Shown piece after piece: positions 61,754-64,000 of a DNA stretch of 64,000 bases. The position numbers and the translations under genes are program-made. Where the stretch lies: contig JAOPWM010000193.1 of the NCBI GenBank assembly GCA_025965695.1, positions 6,093 through 70,092 on the forward strand, read 5' to 3'. The stretch comes from Blastococcus sp. (GTDB lineage: Bacteria; Actinomycetota; Actinomycetes; Mycobacteriales; Geodermatophilaceae). Position 1 is the stretch's first letter; each line of letters opens with the position of its first letter. Under the pieces are notes generated by a model. It was not told the origin of the DNA, searched no databases, and saw only the letters and a program-made list of their open reading frames with translations.

Positions 61754-62773
61754 TCAGGGTGCCGTGCCGCACCACCGGGGCACGTAGAGGCCCTCCCGTT
61801 CGGCCCGGACAGCCGCCAATGTCCGCGTGGGCGCCGACAGCTTGACCAGGATGTGCTCGAGGTGCGCCGCGACGGTCCGCTGGGCCACGATGAGTTTTCG
61901 CGCGATCTCCCGGTTCGAGCATCCCTCGACCAGGAAGCCGAGGACCTTCAGCTCACGTGCCGTCAGCCCACGCAGATCGCCGGGCGATGACATGAGCACT
62001 ATTCCCCTGAAGGCGGCCGGTACGCCCTCAGCCACCGCGAGTGCGGTGATCCGCACATGCCCTCCCGGCGCATGGTCACCGCCGAGCGGCCACACGAAGG
62101 CGGTGTGGACGTGCCCCTTGCCGATCCCCGCCCGTGCCGCGCCGACCACGGCCGAGTTCCCGGCCAGGAGAGGGTGGCCCCGAAGGCCGGGGAGCGCGTC
62201 GGTGCCACCGTCGGCACGTAATGCCACACCCGCGGTCGCCCCCTGAACCAGCCGGGCTGCCGCCAGCAGCGAGCGCATCGGGTCGATGGCCCGGGCGAGG
62301 ATCGGAGTCAGGCCGCCGAGCAGCTGTTTGATCCCCGGCGAGGGCGGCTCCCGGCCGGCGAAGAGAAGGCCGAGATGGCCGACGTGGCGCCCTCCCGATG
62401 CGTACAGCGAGACACCGAGGCCCTCGTTGTATCCGGCGGGTAGCAGGCAGTCGGCCCAGGTGGCGAGCTCCGAGGCCGGAAAGGGCAGGTCCGACACGCT
62501 GATGGGCGGGCCGTGCCTGTTCCCACCGACCATCTCCACGTCGTGCGCCATCACCGGACCGCTGAAGTGCTCGATGGTCGTGGCGGCGAGGTCCGCACTC
62601 GCCAGAGGCGTGAAACCGCGGTTGTGGGGTGGGTCGGCGAAGGCGATCCAGGCGCCGTCGAAGGGGATCACGCGCCGGAGCGCCCCCAGGAGCGCGTCGG
62701 CCCGGTCGGCAAGTGACCCGACGGATGCCCCGATCTCGGCCAGCTCCAGCGCGCCGGTCGGATCGTTCGGCAT
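61754..62773 (-). CDS. LuxR-family HTH regulator with GAF-like N-domain
   Basis: LTARELKVL...GCSNREIARKL.VAQRTVAAHLEHILVKL. Confidence 0.88.
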   Translation of the reverse strand: MPNDPTGALELAEIGASVGSLADRADALLGALRRVIPFDGAWIAFADPPHNRGFTPLASADLAATTIEHFSGPVMAHDVEMVGGNRHGPPISVSDLPFPASELATWADCLLPAGYNEGLGVSLYASGGRHVGHLGLLFAGREPPSPGIKQLLGGLTPILARAIDPMRSLLAAARLVQGATAGVALRADGGTDALPGLRGHPLLAGNSAVVGAARAGIGKGHVHTAFVWPLGGDHAPGGHVRITALAVAEGVPAAFRGIVLMSSPGDLRGLTARELKVLGFLVEGCSNREIARKLIVAQRTVAAHLEHILVKLSAPTRTLAAVRAEREGLYVPRWCGTAP

Positions 62774-62930
62774 GGTCGGCTCCAACCGTCGCGCGTCAGC
62801 GTGGTTCGTTGGATCCGACGACGCGGACACGTCCGCTTGCGAGCCTGAAGAGTACCTGTCACGGCAGCGGTCGTTCGTCGTTCGCCGGACCACATGGCGC
62901 CGCCGGACCTCAGGCGCCGGTCACTCGCCG

Positions 62931-63029
62931 TCCCAGCAGATCCAGGCGCTGGAAAAGGAGCTGAACGGTCCGCTGTTCGTGTGCGGCGCCCGGAGCGTGG
63001 ACCTGACTCCCGCCGGCCACGTGCTCCTG
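62931..63029 (+). pseudogene. LysR HTH fragment
   Basis: [16 protein letters not shown]...[13 protein letters not shown], with no start and no effector domain. Confidence 0.6.
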
Positions 63030-63103
63030 ATTTCGCCGGCATCGTCCGCCTGTCTCCGACGAGCGGTATCGGGCATCCTGCCGATCGACACCAGCCGCCC
63101 GCC

Positions 63104-64000
63104 ACCCTGTTCCGGATGCCGGTCTTCAGCTGGTCGATCTTCGTCACCAGCATCCTGATCCTGGTGGCCCTCCCGGCGCTGACCGCCACGTTCTCGGGTT
63201 GCTCGCCGACCGGAACCTGGGCGCACGGGTGTTCAGCCGGGAGAACGGCGGCGGGATGCTCTGGCAACACCTGTTCTGGTTCTTGGGGCACCCCGAGGTC
63301 TACATCCTGGCGCTGCCGTTCTTCGGGATCATCAGCGAGATCGTTCCGGTGTTCAGCCGGAAGCCGCTGTTCGGCCACAAGGGCATGATCTTCGCCCTGT
63401 TCGGCATCGGCTTCCTGTCCTTCTCGGTGTGGACGCACCACATGTTCGCGACCGGCGCCGTGCTGCTCCCGTTCTTCTCCTTCCTCACCTATCTGATCGC
63501 CGTGACGACCGGGATCAAGTTCTTCAACTGGATCGGCACGATGTGGCGCGGCCAGCTCACCTTCGAGACGCCGATGCTCTGGGCCGTCGGGTTCATGGTG
63601 ACCTTCCTCCTGGGTGGCCTGACCGGCGTGTTGCTGGCCTCCCCGCCGCTGGACTGGCACCTCAACGACAGCTACGTCGTCGTCGCCCACTTCCACTGCG
63701 TGCTGTTCGGGACGATCGTCTTCGCGGCGTTCGCGGGTGTGTATTTCTGGTTCCCGAAGATGTGCGGCCGGATGATGGACGAGCGACGTTCCTGATCCAG
63801 CACTGGGTCGGCAACCAGGGCATGCCGCGCCGCTACGCGCACTACCTGCCCACCGACGGTTTCACCACGATGCACACCATCTCGACGATCGGGTCGTTCG
63901 TGCTCGGTGCCGCGACGTTCCGTTCGTGTACAACGCCTGGCACTCGTGGAACTACGGCGTTCTCGCACAGCGGGACGACCCGTGGCCACGGCAACTCGCT
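63104..64000 (+). pseudogene. ctaD: Cytochrome c oxidase subunit I pseudogene (5'-truncated, frameshifted)
   Basis: LFRMP.FSW, GHPEVYI, WTHHMF, AHFH, GMPRRYA in three frames; deletion and stop near 63790. Confidence 0.88.

Overview
High-GC actinobacterial DNA; the gene content is consistent with a soil or rock Geodermatophilaceae/Pseudonocardiaceae-like organism (inference). The window reads as a mosaic of accessory modules. (1) 1-6.2 kb: a group 1h high-affinity [NiFe]-hydrogenase cluster (hypA-hypB-hhyS-hhyL-nifU/Rieske-DUF5947-DUF6084) with a perfect CRP-type box upstream of hhyS. (2) 6.4-11.4 kb: LacI, cyclase (isatin-hydrolase-like), TPP enzyme and ABM monooxygenase. (3) 11.4-33.5 kb: a large inositol catabolic region (GntR, iolC-aldolase-iolB-iolD-iolE-iolG-iolH-iolA, extra dehydrogenases and isomerases, ABC importer) that embeds a cytochrome P450 plus a PDR-type reductase. 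(4) A decayed second hypA copy at about 33.6 kb. (5) 38-52 kb: a tightly coupled stress operon (gsp17M-dnaK-grpE-dnaJ-cbpM-clpB-trxC-UBP zinc finger-cNMP/TrxB-DUF1931 histone-fold-membrane protein), plus PfpI and formaldehyde dehydrogenase. (6) 53.7-60.5 kb: gpgS, GT4 glycosyltransferases and YcjQ-like/Gfo oxidoreductases. (7) Paired LuxR-type regulators and several gene remnants, including a ctaD pseudogene. No rRNA, tRNA, CRISPR array or transposase was recognised. All family calls are from motif recognition by eye, not database searches.
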